From the NCBI RefSeq assembly GCF_009834535.1, contig NC_045697.1:86182001-86246000 (forward strand): 64,000 nt of DNA, read 5' to 3'. A program made the position numbers and the translations under genes. Below the pieces are notes generated by a model. That model was not told where the DNA came from, ran no database searches, and worked only from the letters and a program-made list of their open reading frames with translations. This document shows, piece after piece, positions 14,431-27,900 of this stretch. Origin of the DNA: Camelus ferus (lineage: Eukaryota). Within the stretch, counting starts at the first letter, position 1. Every line of letters starts with the position of its first letter.

Positions 14431-15543
14431 CTGTTGGTCGAGACAGAGAGAGGGAGAGAGAGAGATAGGTTACCATGCCATTGTCCACAGTTCAGCTGAA
14501 TGCCAGTGCATCCTAAAGACATTAATGCATATTTTCCCAGAATACAGGCACTGAAGGATTCTGGTAGTATTCTCCTTTACCCTCATTCTATTTTTCAAAA
14601 TTGCTTGAGAACTCGTACAAGAAGTGAACACAAGGGTAAAACTGATGTTGTCCTTAATTACAGTTCTTTCTGATCAAAACTCCGTATTCAGACTCCTCTC
14701 TGGAATCTGGGTGACCCATGCTTTCCTTTGCAGAAACATGTCGCATCGGGCTGTCTGCCAGCTTACTTGCATTCAGTTCAAAATGGAAAAGAAAACAGTT
14801 ATTTGGTTTACCGTGTACTCTAGCTAAAAGAGAAATGTGTTATGAATTTTCATGAGCAACTTCTAAGATGCTACATCTATGAGAAACATACATGATATGC
14901 CCTGTGTGTATGTATGTACTACCATAGCAAGTATGCATAAGGTCTGCAGAAGCTCAATGAAACTGCAAGTATTAAGCTTGGTCCACAAGTGCACTGCTTC
15001 CAGGAACTGGCATCAAATGTTACTTCCTTCCTGTTTCAGTAATCTGTCCTCTTTTTGTTGTTTCCGCTCCCACAGGTCAAAAAAACACATTCATCTCCAG
15101 CAGTTCTTTTATAACAACAGTTCGAATCAGGGAAAAAAAAAATGAGCAAATTATATTTATTTCACTCCTGTAATTTTATTTTATTTTGTTCTATTCTAGT
15201 TTGTTTTATTTTATTGATTTTGCCGACAGATTTTCTAAGGCATCTGTCTGCGTCTATTTAGAAGGACTGGGATTTCTCTAAGGCCCTATCCTTATTCAGG
15301 TAGCAGAATATGTTTATAGTCAGGCCAATGTGAAAAGGTCCCTATGCCAAAAAGTAGCTAGATATGCCTTTCTTAGGATAAACTGTCTTATTTGCAGCTG
15401 GATATGCCTTTCTTTGAATGCTCAGGTGCACTTTGCCCAAGCTTGGAATTATTTAGGGTCATTCACAAATCAACTATGAGTGCCAACGTATTTTTTAAAA
15501 AGAGTGTTTAGCAACACAAAAATCAACGTATCACTGTCTTTTA

Positions 15544-15699
15544 GGGGAGGGTACAGCTCAGTGGTAGAGACTGTGCTCAGCATGCACAGAGTCCTGAGTT
15601 CAATCCCCAGTACCTCCTTAAAAAAAAAAAAAATAAATAAATAAATAAATAAATCTAATTACTTCCCCCAAAACAAGACAAAATAAACAAAAAAATAAG
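15544..15699 (+). mobile_element. tRNA-Ala-derived SINE (Vic-1-like), copy 4
   Basis: tRNA head plus A-rich tail; perfect 13-bp TSD GTATCACTGTCTT at 15528-15540 and 15700-15712. Confidence 0.9.
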
Positions 15700-17547
15700 G
15701 TATCACTGTCTTCCAAAAACAAGAATAAACAATAAGAATGAACCTGTTAGGACCCGTGAAATGTTTTCACAAACTCTGAGAGGCAAAGAAAACGGCAGCA
15801 GTTTCCTCTGGGCAAAGCATTCAACTTTAATCAAATTCGAGTTAATGATCTGAATGCTTCTTAGTAACTCTGGGCAATCCCTCCAGTCACTTGGCTACTT
15901 ATCAATAGCATGCTTACAAGGGAATGAACAGGTTTCCATTTACTGGTATACAGTTTCCCATCAGCTCTTCTAATTAAACAAACAAAAAAGATAAACAAAA
16001 AGAAAAAATAAAAGTAAAAACTCATTCCCAGGATAGGCAGTAGAGGGTCAATTTCCCCCAAATCCTCACTCCTGCCCCCAAGTGTGCACTCGCCCTCTGG
16101 GAAGTCCACTGACTTTGCTATGACAGCTGCATCGTTGTGCAGAAGGAGAACTTGACAATCCATTGACAGGTGGTGAGGATGAGTTTACAAATGTCAAGTT
16201 TGAATTGCTTAACTGAATTTTTTTTTCTGTAACACAGACTAGGAGGATTTGGGAGCTTGAAAGTACTACAAAAAGATGCTATTTTTCCTTACTTAATGAG
16301 TTCAATGTGAAAAAGCATATTTTATATTGTAAGTTCCTTTCAATTCAGTTATAAAAGTCCCAGATCCTGAGGCTCACGGGTCATTGCTAGCTGCTACGTA
16401 TATATTAGATCTTCTTTCCAAACTCAAGATTTTGTCACTCTTCCTAGGTTCTGATTTTTGAAAACAGGATTTCAAGATCAATGCAGTCCTTATTTGAACT
16501 CATGATAAGATATAATCAAGTCTGAAGGCTTCCACCTCTGTCCCTGTGGTCTTTTGGATCATTTCCTCCCTGCTTCACAGCTCCTTCTGTGTTAAAAATC
16601 CTCATTCCCTCTATGGTTCTTAAATGTTTGTCTCATTCATGCATGCATGCATGCATTCATTCATTCATTCTTCAGAATGTTGTCAGCCCCTCCTATGTGC
16701 CAGGCAGGTGTTTGGTACAAGAAGACAAAAATGCATCAGCATTGCATTGGTGCTGAGTGGTCCTTTTCTAGGGCACACAGTAAGCTCTGAAGAAATGTGA
16801 AAAAGCTATTACAATGGAGACTTGGATTCCATATGCTTGCCAAGATAGTCAGCATTTAAAATAGTCTTAATTTGAATGTTGGTCCAAATGTCTTGGTATT
16901 TGGAGGATCTGCATTTGTGGGAGGTTGGATAAACATTAAATAAAGGCAGTCCTGTGACTCCAGCGAGGCTTGGCTTAGGAATGAGAAGGTGCATTCAGAG
17001 AAATCTACAGGTAGAGTATACAGTGTCATCAAACCAGATTACTGGGACGTCAACAAACCCTTTTTTTTTGGAATACGCCAAGGGTTTCTGTAAAACAGAA
17101 AATCCGCATGAAGTTAAGAGACACTGGGACATATGTCCATATGAAATTGATGGACAAATTTCCCTTTTGTGGGTTTCTAGCCTTTCCTTCTTAGGTTTTA
17201 AGCCCCTGAGTACAGAAATATTAATGTTGTATTATGGCTCTTTCTTCTTGCTCTTCCTTCTTGAGCTAATCTTTAAATTTGAATCTTTAAATGCTTTATG
17301 GCATTAATTAAATTATATGAGGGTTACACAGCCTTCAAAGACTTGGTGGAAATCAACCCTCTCCATATGGCATTATATAATGATCAATCTTTGACCCACT
17401 GTGACTTACACCATACAGTGTAAACACTTAATATATGTTAAAAACTAGCTAAAATCATAGTATTGCGTTGTACTCATTTTTAAAAATAATTTATAATTCA
17501 GCTTAAAAAGTATATCTCCTATACTACTAAAATTCTACCCTCTTCTT

Positions 17548-17661
17548 TATTGGGGTGGGGTAACTTTATTTATTTATTTAAACCTGGAGGTACTGGGGAT
17601 TGAACCCAGGACCTCGTGCATGCCAAGCACATACTCTAGCACTGACCTATACCCTCCTCCC
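17548..17661 (-). mobile_element. tRNA-Ala-derived SINE (Vic-1-like), copy 5
   Basis: TGGAGGTACTGGGGATTGAACCCAGGACCTCGTGCATG...CTATACCCTCC; degenerate flanking repeat. Confidence 0.85.
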
Positions 17662-19744
17662 ACTCTACTTTCTTCTTAATTGAGATCATAATACAGCTCC
17701 ATATGGCATCTGTTGATTCCTATTAATCCATGAAAAAGAAAACACAGATATTTTCTCCAGTGATTCAAAATCCTAATACAAGTACACAAGGAACATTTTA
17801 AAAAAGAAAGTAAAACCAATATAATAGTACCAAGTGAAGGCAAAAAAGCAAATCCCTCTAGGAGATGAATTTGCTCTTTTCAATGACTTTAAAATAGGGC
17901 AGTAACCTTTATCTTTTAAAACTGCTTTACCTCCTAAAAAAAATCTCCTTACCCTGCCACACCAGTCATAGCCAGCTGGATAAAATTTGTATGCTGTTTC
18001 CTAACTTCAGTGAACCAACAAATTGAAACCATTACAAAAATAATACCCTTATTTGAGGTTTTCTGATTTAAAGGGAAAATGCTCGACACAAGAAGATCTC
18101 AATCTTTCAATGGAAAAAAAACTACTGGAGCATAAATAACAAACTTTTTTCCCCTGCCAAACTGATGGATTGTAAACTGAACCACCAATCAGGGCAGGTT
18201 ATGGAAAACATATAACTTTCAACTTAAGAAAATTCATGTGACATTGTCTTTTCATCAAATTAGCCTTTACGAGCACGATCATCATGGGAATAATGTTGTG
18301 TGAAAACATGGCAGGAACACTTTTTGTCTTTCATGATATTGCTGGAGCCACAGTTCATGTACTTGAAAAGAAAATATTCTTGTGAATAAAAACTAGGTCG
18401 ATCATTCATCCTCTTTTTAATTGAGAAATTAAAACTGAAATTGAGAAATACATACCAAAAACTCACACTGTACAAGTTTTCTGGATTTCATACCTACTGA
18501 GCACAAAATTCTGTTAGCAAGAGCTAACCCACTGATACCTCTTGGTGCCTGAGCACGAAGCCAGCAGAGGCCATCCAGCGTGGGACTGGGGATGGTGCCA
18601 GCCAGCACATGCACCCCAAAGTCTCTGCATTGTGTTTACATGTTCTCAATGCACTGCTCAATTTTTGGGCTTTCTCTGCACACAGTGGATACCTCTATGT
18701 GTCTATATTGCTGTGTATCTCTTTTCTAGATGATTTTTCTGTAGTGAAACCTAACCTTACTGTAGAGGAAGTAAGAGAGCAAGAAGGAAGAACTCAAGAA
18801 ATGTTCTCCTCTTTCCCAAGAGCCCAGTTTTCCAACGTGAGCAAGTTCTACTATCTTTTATCTTTGTCTAGGGCTTTTTTACAATAGACACAGCTAACCT
18901 GAAGTAGGCAGAACTCTCGTTATTTTTATGGCAGGAGGGGATTGATACTCACCCTCAAGTTGGAAAAGATAGCAATACAGTCAGAATTGGACTTTGGGGA
19001 AGGGGAGCAAATAGTCTATTATTTTAACTGGAAAATAATGGATATTTGTGCCTAAAAGTTAATTTTCTTATACTCATTTTCAAAAAACCAAATTTCATCC
19101 TCCACTCTATTTCATTCTCTTTTGTCGAATAAGGTGAGTAAATCTAGTAACTGTAATAATATTTCCTATCTTTTCAGTTTTATGATTTACCTTAGAGACC
19201 CCTCAGAAATGACTCTGGGATGAATAATCTTCAACATCCACCCCCAATAGAAGACACATCATTGCTTGTTCCCCATCAGTACCATACAATTGCTCGTTTC
19301 ATCAACAGCATTGAGAATTGGACTTGTTTATTCTTTACTAATTTGAGCAAGGGGAGAAAGTATTTGTATGTTAGTATGCACTTCTTTTATTACTAGAGGG
19401 TGTGAAAATTTTAAATACTATTTGTATTTTCTTTTCTGTGAATTACCTATCCAAATCCTTTGGTTATTCTTCTACAGGGCTCTGAAACTTTTTCCTATAA
19501 ATTTGTCTGTGCACTTTGGATATTAAGAATATCAATCCTCTGTAAGTTATAATATAGAAAAATGTTTTTCCCAGTTTGCCCTTCACTTTTGTTTGTGATC
19601 TTCCTGATATACAGAGCTATTTAAGTTGCATGCTGTCAAATAAAGATATATTTTTGCTTTTTATTTCTATTACTGCTTTTATGTTAAAAAGTCCTTCCCC
19701 ACATAAATGTTACATTCATGTTCAGACCTCTCCTATTCATATCT

Positions 19745-19892
19745 TTTGTTTTCATTTTCTTTTTTGGGGGGAGGGAATTAGGTTTTTAAATTAGGAATTT
19801 AATTATTATTTTTTTAATCGAAGTACTGGGGATTGAACCCAGGACCTTGTGCATACTAAGCATGCAGTTTACCATCAGGCTATACCCTACCC
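19745..19892 (-). mobile_element. tRNA-Ala-derived SINE (Vic-1-like), copy 6
   Basis: GTACTGGGGATTGAACCCAGGACCTTGTGCATACTAAGCATG...CTATACCC with tail. Confidence 0.85.
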
Positions 19893-21139
19893 TTTCTTCA
19901 TTTTCCTGATTACCTGTCATTGAGTCTCTAAGGCCTGGGTTGAACTCATGGTGATTACTAGGGAAGACCTGAGCCCTGAGAGTTCTGAGCACAGACAGAG
20001 CTCAAGAGGCTCAGAACTGGACCTGGGAGTAGATCTTGGGCAGATGGCAGAAGAGACTTCCTGAGTCTCTCATGGGACCTAAACATTTTAGCATCACACA
20101 AAGCTGGTTTCCTTGGTGGAATTATGGGTTGGCTTAAATAAATACAAGTTTATTATATTATCAGTGGGGGATTCCATAACATATAAAGTATTTTGAAATC
20201 CCAATGCTTTGCATGTAGCCGTGAGCTACTTCCGTGCCATAGTGAGTAAGGTTCACGAATCGCTATAATCCAAGAGGTGGTTCTACTTGGGAACTAAAAA
20301 GGAAGCAGCAGAAGTGGGTGATGGTATTTATCCTCTTTGCCAGATGAAGATGGGTGAGTGTTGAGTGAAGAATGAGGGAAGCCCTGGAAAGAAACAAAGA
20401 AAGGGGAATGGGGGCTTTTGGGGGGCATTTCAGAATAGAGTTCTTATATACATTTATTGGCTGAAGATTCTAAATCAAAGATTTTAACTTTAATATTTCT
20501 TTTATGGCATAAAACTGACAAAGCCAGAAATACCTGCAAAGTTCTAAATCTCCTTTCAGTTCCAAATACTATTTTTTGGTTTTGGTTTCCCAGCAGTTGA
20601 CTGACAGCAAATTTATTATTAATTGACATCTCATACATTGTAACCTACACATCAATTTATTGAAAATTAACATGCAAGAAGACATTCACTCTGCAAGACA
20701 GTTTGGTTAATAAAACCACATCTCTAGATGAGCTGTCTCTGCTAATATAACACTTTCAAAGCAATGATAAAGGACCAGTGACAACTGAAATCAATTCTCT
20801 CCTCTCAGGTGCTAAAGAGAAGAGATGCCTATTCCAAGATCTGTGAATAAATGGCCAGACAGTTTTCTAAAAACAGTTTGATATCCATCTTATTCGAAGT
20901 TATCTTTTTCCTCCAATATGGCAAACTCCAACTAGCAAGAATGCTCTGAGAAGAGGGCAATTGAGCTAATTTAAATACTGTGTAACTGACAATTCCTTGA
21001 AAAGTTATTTTACTTTGGTATTTACTGAGAATCTTCACATTTCAGTATCTTATTAGGTAGAGGGGAGAGCTGTCATCAATGGCTGGCTATAATCTTGTGA
21101 ACATTACAATGTGGGAGTTTTCAACATTGTGGTAGAATT

Positions 21140-21212
21140 GTGTGTGGGGTGTGTGTGTGTGTGTGTGTGTACAGAGGGAGGGAGAAAGAGGAGGGGTGGA
21201 GAGAGAGAGAGA
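21140..21212. repeat. (GT)n and (GA)n microsatellites
   Basis: Directly visible dinucleotide runs. Confidence 0.9.
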
Positions 21213-21224
21213 GGGATTACCTCA

Positions 21225-21550
21225 TCCTCACGCACTGCTAGGGTACCAACTCTGGCCTAGGTTCCATTGGTCAGAGGCATATGTGCAGGTCTCTGATTTG
21301 GAAGAGGTCATATGTAACAGGCAGGACTCAGGGAATCATTTCTATTGGTTCAGAAGCTGGCCATCTGCAGCAGAGACAGAACCGTTCTGTTTGGGCCACA
21401 GAAACTCCCTTACCAGGTCAGTTCTGGGCAAGGCTTCTGGAAACACAGCCTAGATAAGCTTGTTCTTCCACCTCTCCTAACGATCTGTGAGCCTCCTAAT
21501 ATTCCTCACTAAACTCCTTTCTCTTTAAGTTGGCTATGTTCTACCACTAA
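21225..21550 (+). mobile_element. Degenerate ERVL/MaLR-type LTR relic
   Basis: 3' part CCTCACTAAACTCCTTTCTCTTTAAGTTGGCTA resembles old LTR ends; family uncertain. Confidence 0.35.
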
Positions 21551-21659
21551 GGACAGGAACCAGCACAATGAATATGTAATGTCTTTGGTGACTAAAAATT
21601 GAACTTGTTTAAGAGTCATTATTCTGAGAATGAATTTTCAAATGCAGAAATGTCATTAG

Positions 21660-21910
21660 CTAATACTTATTGAGCAATCACCATGTACTATGCCTGTGCT
21701 AATTACTTTACATGCATTAGTGCATGTAATCCTTAAAAGAACTGGAACAGTAGTTACCATTACTGCCACCACTTTCCTAAGTAAGCGCACAGAGGTATAG
21801 ACTGGTCAGGTGACTTGCCCTGTCACACAGGGCACATGTGGTTAAAGCCAGTACTTGAACCCTTGCTGGCTGACTCCAGGGTCTGCCCTCTTAAGCACCA
21901 TGCCACATTG
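21660..21910 (-). mobile_element. MIR SINE
   Basis: TTATTGAGCA...GTGACTTGCCC...TTGAACCC...TGACTCCAG. Confidence 0.7.
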
Positions 21911-22799
21911 CACAAAGGACAGAAGATTCCACTATACATAGATTGATCAGCTCATGAAACCAGGTCTATTCCTGATAACAGCTTACTTGTTTGTGATTTA
22001 TCAGTTTCTCTTAAAGTACAACAAATTTCAGTTGTATAAAATATATATATAAGCAATTAGATTCTAGATAACTGAGATTTTTATTATAAGCAGAGCATCA
22101 TAACTACAATTTACATGAATTCTTTCAAAGCTCCATACCAGTGGCAAATGCATACACATAATAGTTCTATCTGCAGTAACCAGAGGAAAAAAGTAATCAT
22201 AAATTTTACTTCTGGCAACTGCCTGAAATTCAATAGCTGTGTAATCTTAGACATGTCATGTAAGCTTGGCAAGCCTTGGTTTCTTTGTAGAATAGAAACT
22301 CATCATCTAACTTAATGGATAAGTGAACTTAATGGATAGTGAAATGGATAACAAAGGCCTATCGCAAAGATTAACCTGAGAGTGTATGTAACAGTGCCTT
22401 ACAAAAATGTATACAACTAACAGATTTTATCATCATTAATCACATTGTAACAAATAGTTTATAAAGTTCTTTTGCATATCCTAATCCATTGAAATTCCAT
22501 CCAAACCCTGAGATAGATAAGAGGTATTAGCCTCCTTGTATATGAGGAAAATGAAATTTTTAAAAGTTTTATGTCTTATCCAAGATCCCACAATGGGTAA
22601 AAAGTGGAAAGGATTAGAAGCTAGCTATTTGACTTAAAACTTTACCATGATACTTCACTTAATCTCTTTCATGAAGGAAAAAAAATCTTCTTATCAATAA
22701 CATCTATTTTTATTATTCAAAAAACCTTCCTGGAATTATGGCATAGTTGATATTACATGTTTATTGCAATATAGAGCTGGATGAAAGCAGGTGACTAAC

Positions 22800-22988
22800 C
22801 TTTTTGACTTCATACTTAATGGCAAGTTTGACACGACTCAGAGAAGCTTTATGCCTGTGCATCTCCAGAGGCTCTGCCGATTCCAGATCTCCATTCAGAA
22901 TGGCTTCTACCTCTTCCGAGTCTCGGCAAAGATCCAGCACACCCACTACGAAGTCTTTGCATTGCATGGAGAGCTTCCGATAGTCATT
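22800..22988 (-). CDS. TRPC3: TRPC3 coding exon 3, 189 nt
   Basis: Acceptor tttttag|AAT, donor AAG|GTTAGT; encodes [34 protein letters not shown]...AIKYEVKK (linker domain). Confidence 0.97.
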
Positions 22989-23464
22989 CTAAAAACAAGA
23001 GGTTTGGAGTTTAATACAAAGAAGTAGCTTTAATGCAACGGAAAGAGTTTCAGAGTTTTGTGAATTAGGAGAAGGTGTCCCTTTCTCCTGGTAGGAAGCT
23101 GCAGCCCGCAGGTGGCTGGCTGCAAGGTTTGTTGAGTTAGATACAGACTGGGTTTGGCCCTACCCACCCCTTTAGCCAGGACCTTCTGCAACCTGCCCAA
23201 CCATACGAGACAGTTCCGAAAATGGTGTGCACCTGAGTCGCTGGTTTATATTAAGGGATGTTGGCTAAATGCTAATGCTGAGAGACCAAAGGATGGAAAA
23301 GAGTTGTATCTTAATCAGATAACAGTTTTCTTAAAGTCAAAACAAAACCATTTCTATAATGAAAATTCTTTAAATGAGAATTTTTCTAAAGTGGCAATTT
23401 GACATAAAAGATTGACTAGACATGAAAATAACCTGTCCAGTTTATTTTCCCCTGCCTTGGTGGA

Positions 23465-23650
23465 GTCGTTGTTTCTCAAATTGTGGTCCTCAGAACAGCA
23501 GCATCAGTAGCAACTGGACGTGTGTTAGAAACGTAAATTTTCAGACCTCATTCCAGATGTTCAGATTAGAAACTGAGGATGGGGCCAAGCAATGTGTGTT
23601 AGCACACTTTCCAGGTGTTTCTGATACACATTTATGTTTGAGAATGACGG
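23465..23650. mobile_element. MER5A-like hAT-Charlie MITE
   Basis: GTTTCTCAAATTGTGGTCC...CAGCAGCATCAG...TGTTTGAGAA. Confidence 0.75.
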
Positions 23651-24822
23651 TTTACAGAGAATGCAAGAAGATGGACAGGGACCAACATAGAGGGTATTTT
23701 TCTTTGTTTGTCTGAAGGGCACATTATCATGTCCTGCAGGAATGGAAGGAGAGAAGTGTCTGATTCTATGTAATTGAATTCTCAAGGGTTGCAGAATATC
23801 AATACCTGAGAGAAAAAATTTCAAGCCACTGGAACTAACACCTTGCTAAAAATAATCTGTGAATCTTTAATTTCATTAGCATATTTATATAGTGCCATGG
23901 ACTGGTATAAGGAAGGCAGCTGTCAGCATTCCCTGTTACCTTCTGAATGGAGCTCTATTTGTAGCCCACTGGTTCCAGTCAAGATGTCAATGACCATCTC
24001 TTGGGAAAGTGTCTTAGTTTTGCAACCCCCAGCTCCACTTGTATGGCTTTCACTAAAACTCTATCTCATTAAGAAAATTAATCAGACAATAATCTAATTT
24101 GGTACACATGAGAAAAATGGAATTCCTCGTTCCGACATGTCCTAAGATACTATATACGTCTAATAACTGAATAATATTCAGCACAGCAGAATTTCTGGGC
24201 TTCCAAAACTCATACTTTAAAAAAGACATGAAGAATTCCCATTTTCCCCCTTAAATAATTAATTAATTTGATTTGATGGGCAAAAATCACATCACCAACT
24301 AAAATAAACAAGAAGAGGAGAGACTGTTTAAAGGCTATGCAAACTCGAATAGTTTCCATTTCAGATATCGGAAATTCAGATAAAGAACAGTTGCAGTTAA
24401 TCCTTTTCCCCTCATAAGGGAACAGATAAAATGAATAAAAATTTCAGTCTCTGGTTTCCATTCAAGTTGGTACCATGCAACTGATAAAATTAATAAAATG
24501 TTCAGCCTCCGGCTTCTATGCAGAGTGTCAGTTAAATATCCATCTGCCTTCCATTCCTGAAAGACTAATGAAATATTTTATTATAGCACCCAGAAGAAGT
24601 ATTAAATCCATGTCTGTTTCCATATAAAGCTCCCCTTTTAATACAATTTTTTAAGATGAAACTTCCTCATGTTACTCTTCAGTTCAGACTGTTCTGTAAG
24701 ATTTGGTACAACATAGGATGGCAATTTCTCCACTGATCAGAAATAAAAGAGACTATTTTCTATTCTTGAAGAAAATTTAGGAACCACTTCTGCAGTAATA
24801 CCTAATTAACTCATTATCTTTA

Positions 24823-24979
24823 TTTATTTTTTTTTTTAGTTTTTTTGAGGGGAGGTAATTTTATTTATTTATTTATTTATTTATTTATTCATTCATTTAT
24901 AGTGGAGGTACCAGGGACTGAACCCAGGACCTAGTGCATGCTAAGCACTCACTCTACCATTTAAGCTGTGCCCTCCCCC
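24823..24979 (-). mobile_element. tRNA-Ala-derived SINE (Vic-1-like), copy 7
   Basis: Head and tail present; perfect 16-bp TSD TAACTCATTATCTTTA at 24807-24822 and 24982-24997. Confidence 0.9.
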
Positions 24980-27900
24980 TATAACTCATTATCTTTAAAA
25001 ATTGTAATGTGCAAATTGTCCGATCTTAAAGCTTCATAGTTTTTTTCACATCCACTGAAAGATAAGTCAAGAAGCAAAAAACTGGTAACCAAGATAAAAG
25101 GAAAACATTTTGTTTTCCTAACAATTTAAATATTTCCTGCTGGAAGAAGTCTGTCGCTCAAGTACAGAAAATAATCAGAGCTGGAGGTAATGGCGATTTC
25201 CTTCATTGCAGTTAGGGGGTACTGTTTCGCCGATATATGCAGAGCTCCCAGGGAAAGATGGAGAGCTCCACTAAAGACAGCCTTTCCTCAGTTGCAAAAG
25301 GAACAATCTAAAGTCTGCATTGCATCCTGAGCTGACTCAGTTAGCTCTACCACGAGGTCTTGTCTCATGGTACTTCACAACTCAGACCAGTTTGTCTGGT
25401 CTGAATTTGCTAATCATTTCTCTTAACTTAGTTTTCCTTCATTAGTCTCATCGTGCCACTCTTCCATTACCATGGTTCTCCATGAAGTTACCAGGTGGAT
25501 CTGCTGCCCAGTTGGCAGAGCAGAAACTTAGAGGATCTGCTCCAGCCGGAGGAAGAACAGGAAAGCCTGGGTCTCATCACAAGGTTTCAGCACACTTACT
25601 TTACTGTGTATCATTTTAATCATTGTTCTAATCTCTTTTCATCCTTAACAGGAAAATTGAAATTCAACTCTAAGCAGTCTTAGTTCTGTCAGATCCTCTC
25701 CTTAGTAACAAAAGAGACAAGATAGTGCAGCAGTTAAAAGCATAAAGCTGAAACCAGATTGCCTAGGTTCAAATACTGCTTCTACCACTTAGGAGCTGTG
25801 TGATCTTGTGGAAGTAACTTAGCCTCTCTGATGAGAATAAGCCTATCTAATATTGCTACCATAAGGATTACATGCTTTGAGTGTGCTTGGTACACATCAA
25901 ATACTATAGAAGTGCTTCAGTTGTTACCAGGCTCAGTATGTCAGAATAGGTAGGACTGGGACCCAAGGCACCCAAATCTAGGCTTAGCAGATGGGACTTT
26001 GACTACAGCCTTCATTTTCCCATTTGTAAAATGAGAAGTCTGCAAAGCTAAACGATTCCTAGAGTATCTCCTCACTATAAAATGCTATCTTGCTTCTGGA
26101 ATATATTTATTTTCTTCTTCCTTACAGCCCCACTGTGATATAAGTTGAAATTGGTTTTTTTTTTTAATTTAAAGAGAGGAAAACTGAGGCATAGGGAAGA
26201 CAAATGGCTTTTTATTTTTTATTTTTTTTGCAAAAAAGTGCATCATTGATTCAGAATTAGGAAATTTTACTCTGTGTTCTTGTAGTTTAATGAATGACCA
26301 GTTTCCTTGCCACTGACATTTGGAGGATTAGACCTGGAGTCCATCCTGTCCAATATTCTGCTTCTCAGAATAGCTTCAGACAGCATTTGCACATCAAAAA
26401 ATATTTCTTTAATAACCTGTCACCAAGCTGTCCTCCATTAATCTATCTAAATCTATATTCTAGAATGTTCATCTCTGGGGGTAATGACCTTCATATGTTT
26501 TCAGCACCATGCTTCCTATACTCTTCAAGGAAATTTGAAAACTGCATGGTGGCTAAGAACCTTCCCCGAAGCACCTAAGCGATGGCAATTTGAGAGGTGA
26601 GATACTGGATCTTACAGGCCATGGATAAGATAAAACAGGTATATGTGTCTGAAAAGGGGAAAAAAAAGTCATGCCTTTTTCACTAGGGAACGCATGATCT
26701 GTTTCTTCATTTCAAGGCTAGGACTTTGAGCTCAAAGTCTCAGTGGAAAGAATAGAGGGAACACCATGGAATAGGGCAAATGACGTGACCTGCCTGCCTC
26801 AGAAATAAGCTTCACTTCCTGCCCTTTCAGAACTACACATCTCTGGGTCTTGCTGTGAAAGCACTATTTTCTCTGTCTGTCTAAAGCCCTGACAGATGGA
26901 CGTGAGTGTGGGATGAGAGGACCGAGAGGTGAAAGGAAGGCAGATAAGAAAAAAATAACAAGGACAGGTAAGAATGGGAATGAAAAGGAACACTCAGGCA
27001 GGGGACAGAGACCTGTAGTCCTTAGAGACCGTAACTTTCGAAGAATGGTCTGTATTTTGGCTCAGAGGTGGTTATGCTACACAAATGCTTTCCGTATAAT
27101 TCAGAAAAGGGAGCTGTGAGATTTAAGTAATTTTTGCATATCCTTAGATATTGGGCAGCTTTATGGATGTCTTCTTAAACTCAGTTGTGTTTTCTCCTCT
27201 ATTTGCCTCTTCATTTTTGCAATAGTTTCCTACCTTTAAAAGGTTATCAGAGGTGACTCTGTATCAGGATAGAGGAGAGTCTAAGTATTATCAATGTGGA
27301 TTTAGCCAACTTCAGGGGAAAAGTATGAATAACAGATTTTCTTCACATTGCTTCCCTAAGATGACTTCTCTGGGCAGAACTGCACACATCACCATCTTTC
27401 ATGAATTATTAAAACATAATGTAGGGAAATAGTCCCTTTTGTTAGACTCTCTTTTATAGACTTTCAATATATAGCAAGCAAAATGCATAAAAACAAGGTC
27501 TGAGTAACACTTGGAATAGTGAATTAACAAATTCAGAATTATACTTTTTATTACTATGTCAAAATAAAATGACACTTCAGCTTTTACCTGAATGCTTTCC
27601 TATTCTCTCTAAACAGAATTTGAACTTTTAAATTTGCTCTACCTGAGTTCTGTCAAAAAAATAATAATAATAATTCATTTTAGGTCCAAAGAAGAAAATC
27701 TTTTCAAATACCACACAATTAATTTCTTCAGAAGGGGTAGATATAGGTGATATTTATTTCCTTCTTTATATTTTCCACATTTTCCAAAATTTTTATAATA
27801 AATATATATAGCTTTTGTATCAGAAAAAAACTTAATAAAATTATACTAAGGCCAGATCTCCACTAGGACAAGATGAAGGTTGATGAATATCTAGGGAATT

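Noticed and set aside
15357..15415. Direct repeat of about 18 bp, AGCT(A/G)GATATGCCTTTCTT, and similar small duplications at about 22308, 35565 and 44635
   Set aside because: Isolated two-copy slippage duplications with no recognisable motif.
16635..16670. (ATGC)n palindrome within (TTCA)n
   Set aside because: Mutated L2 tail microsatellite; too short to argue for a function.
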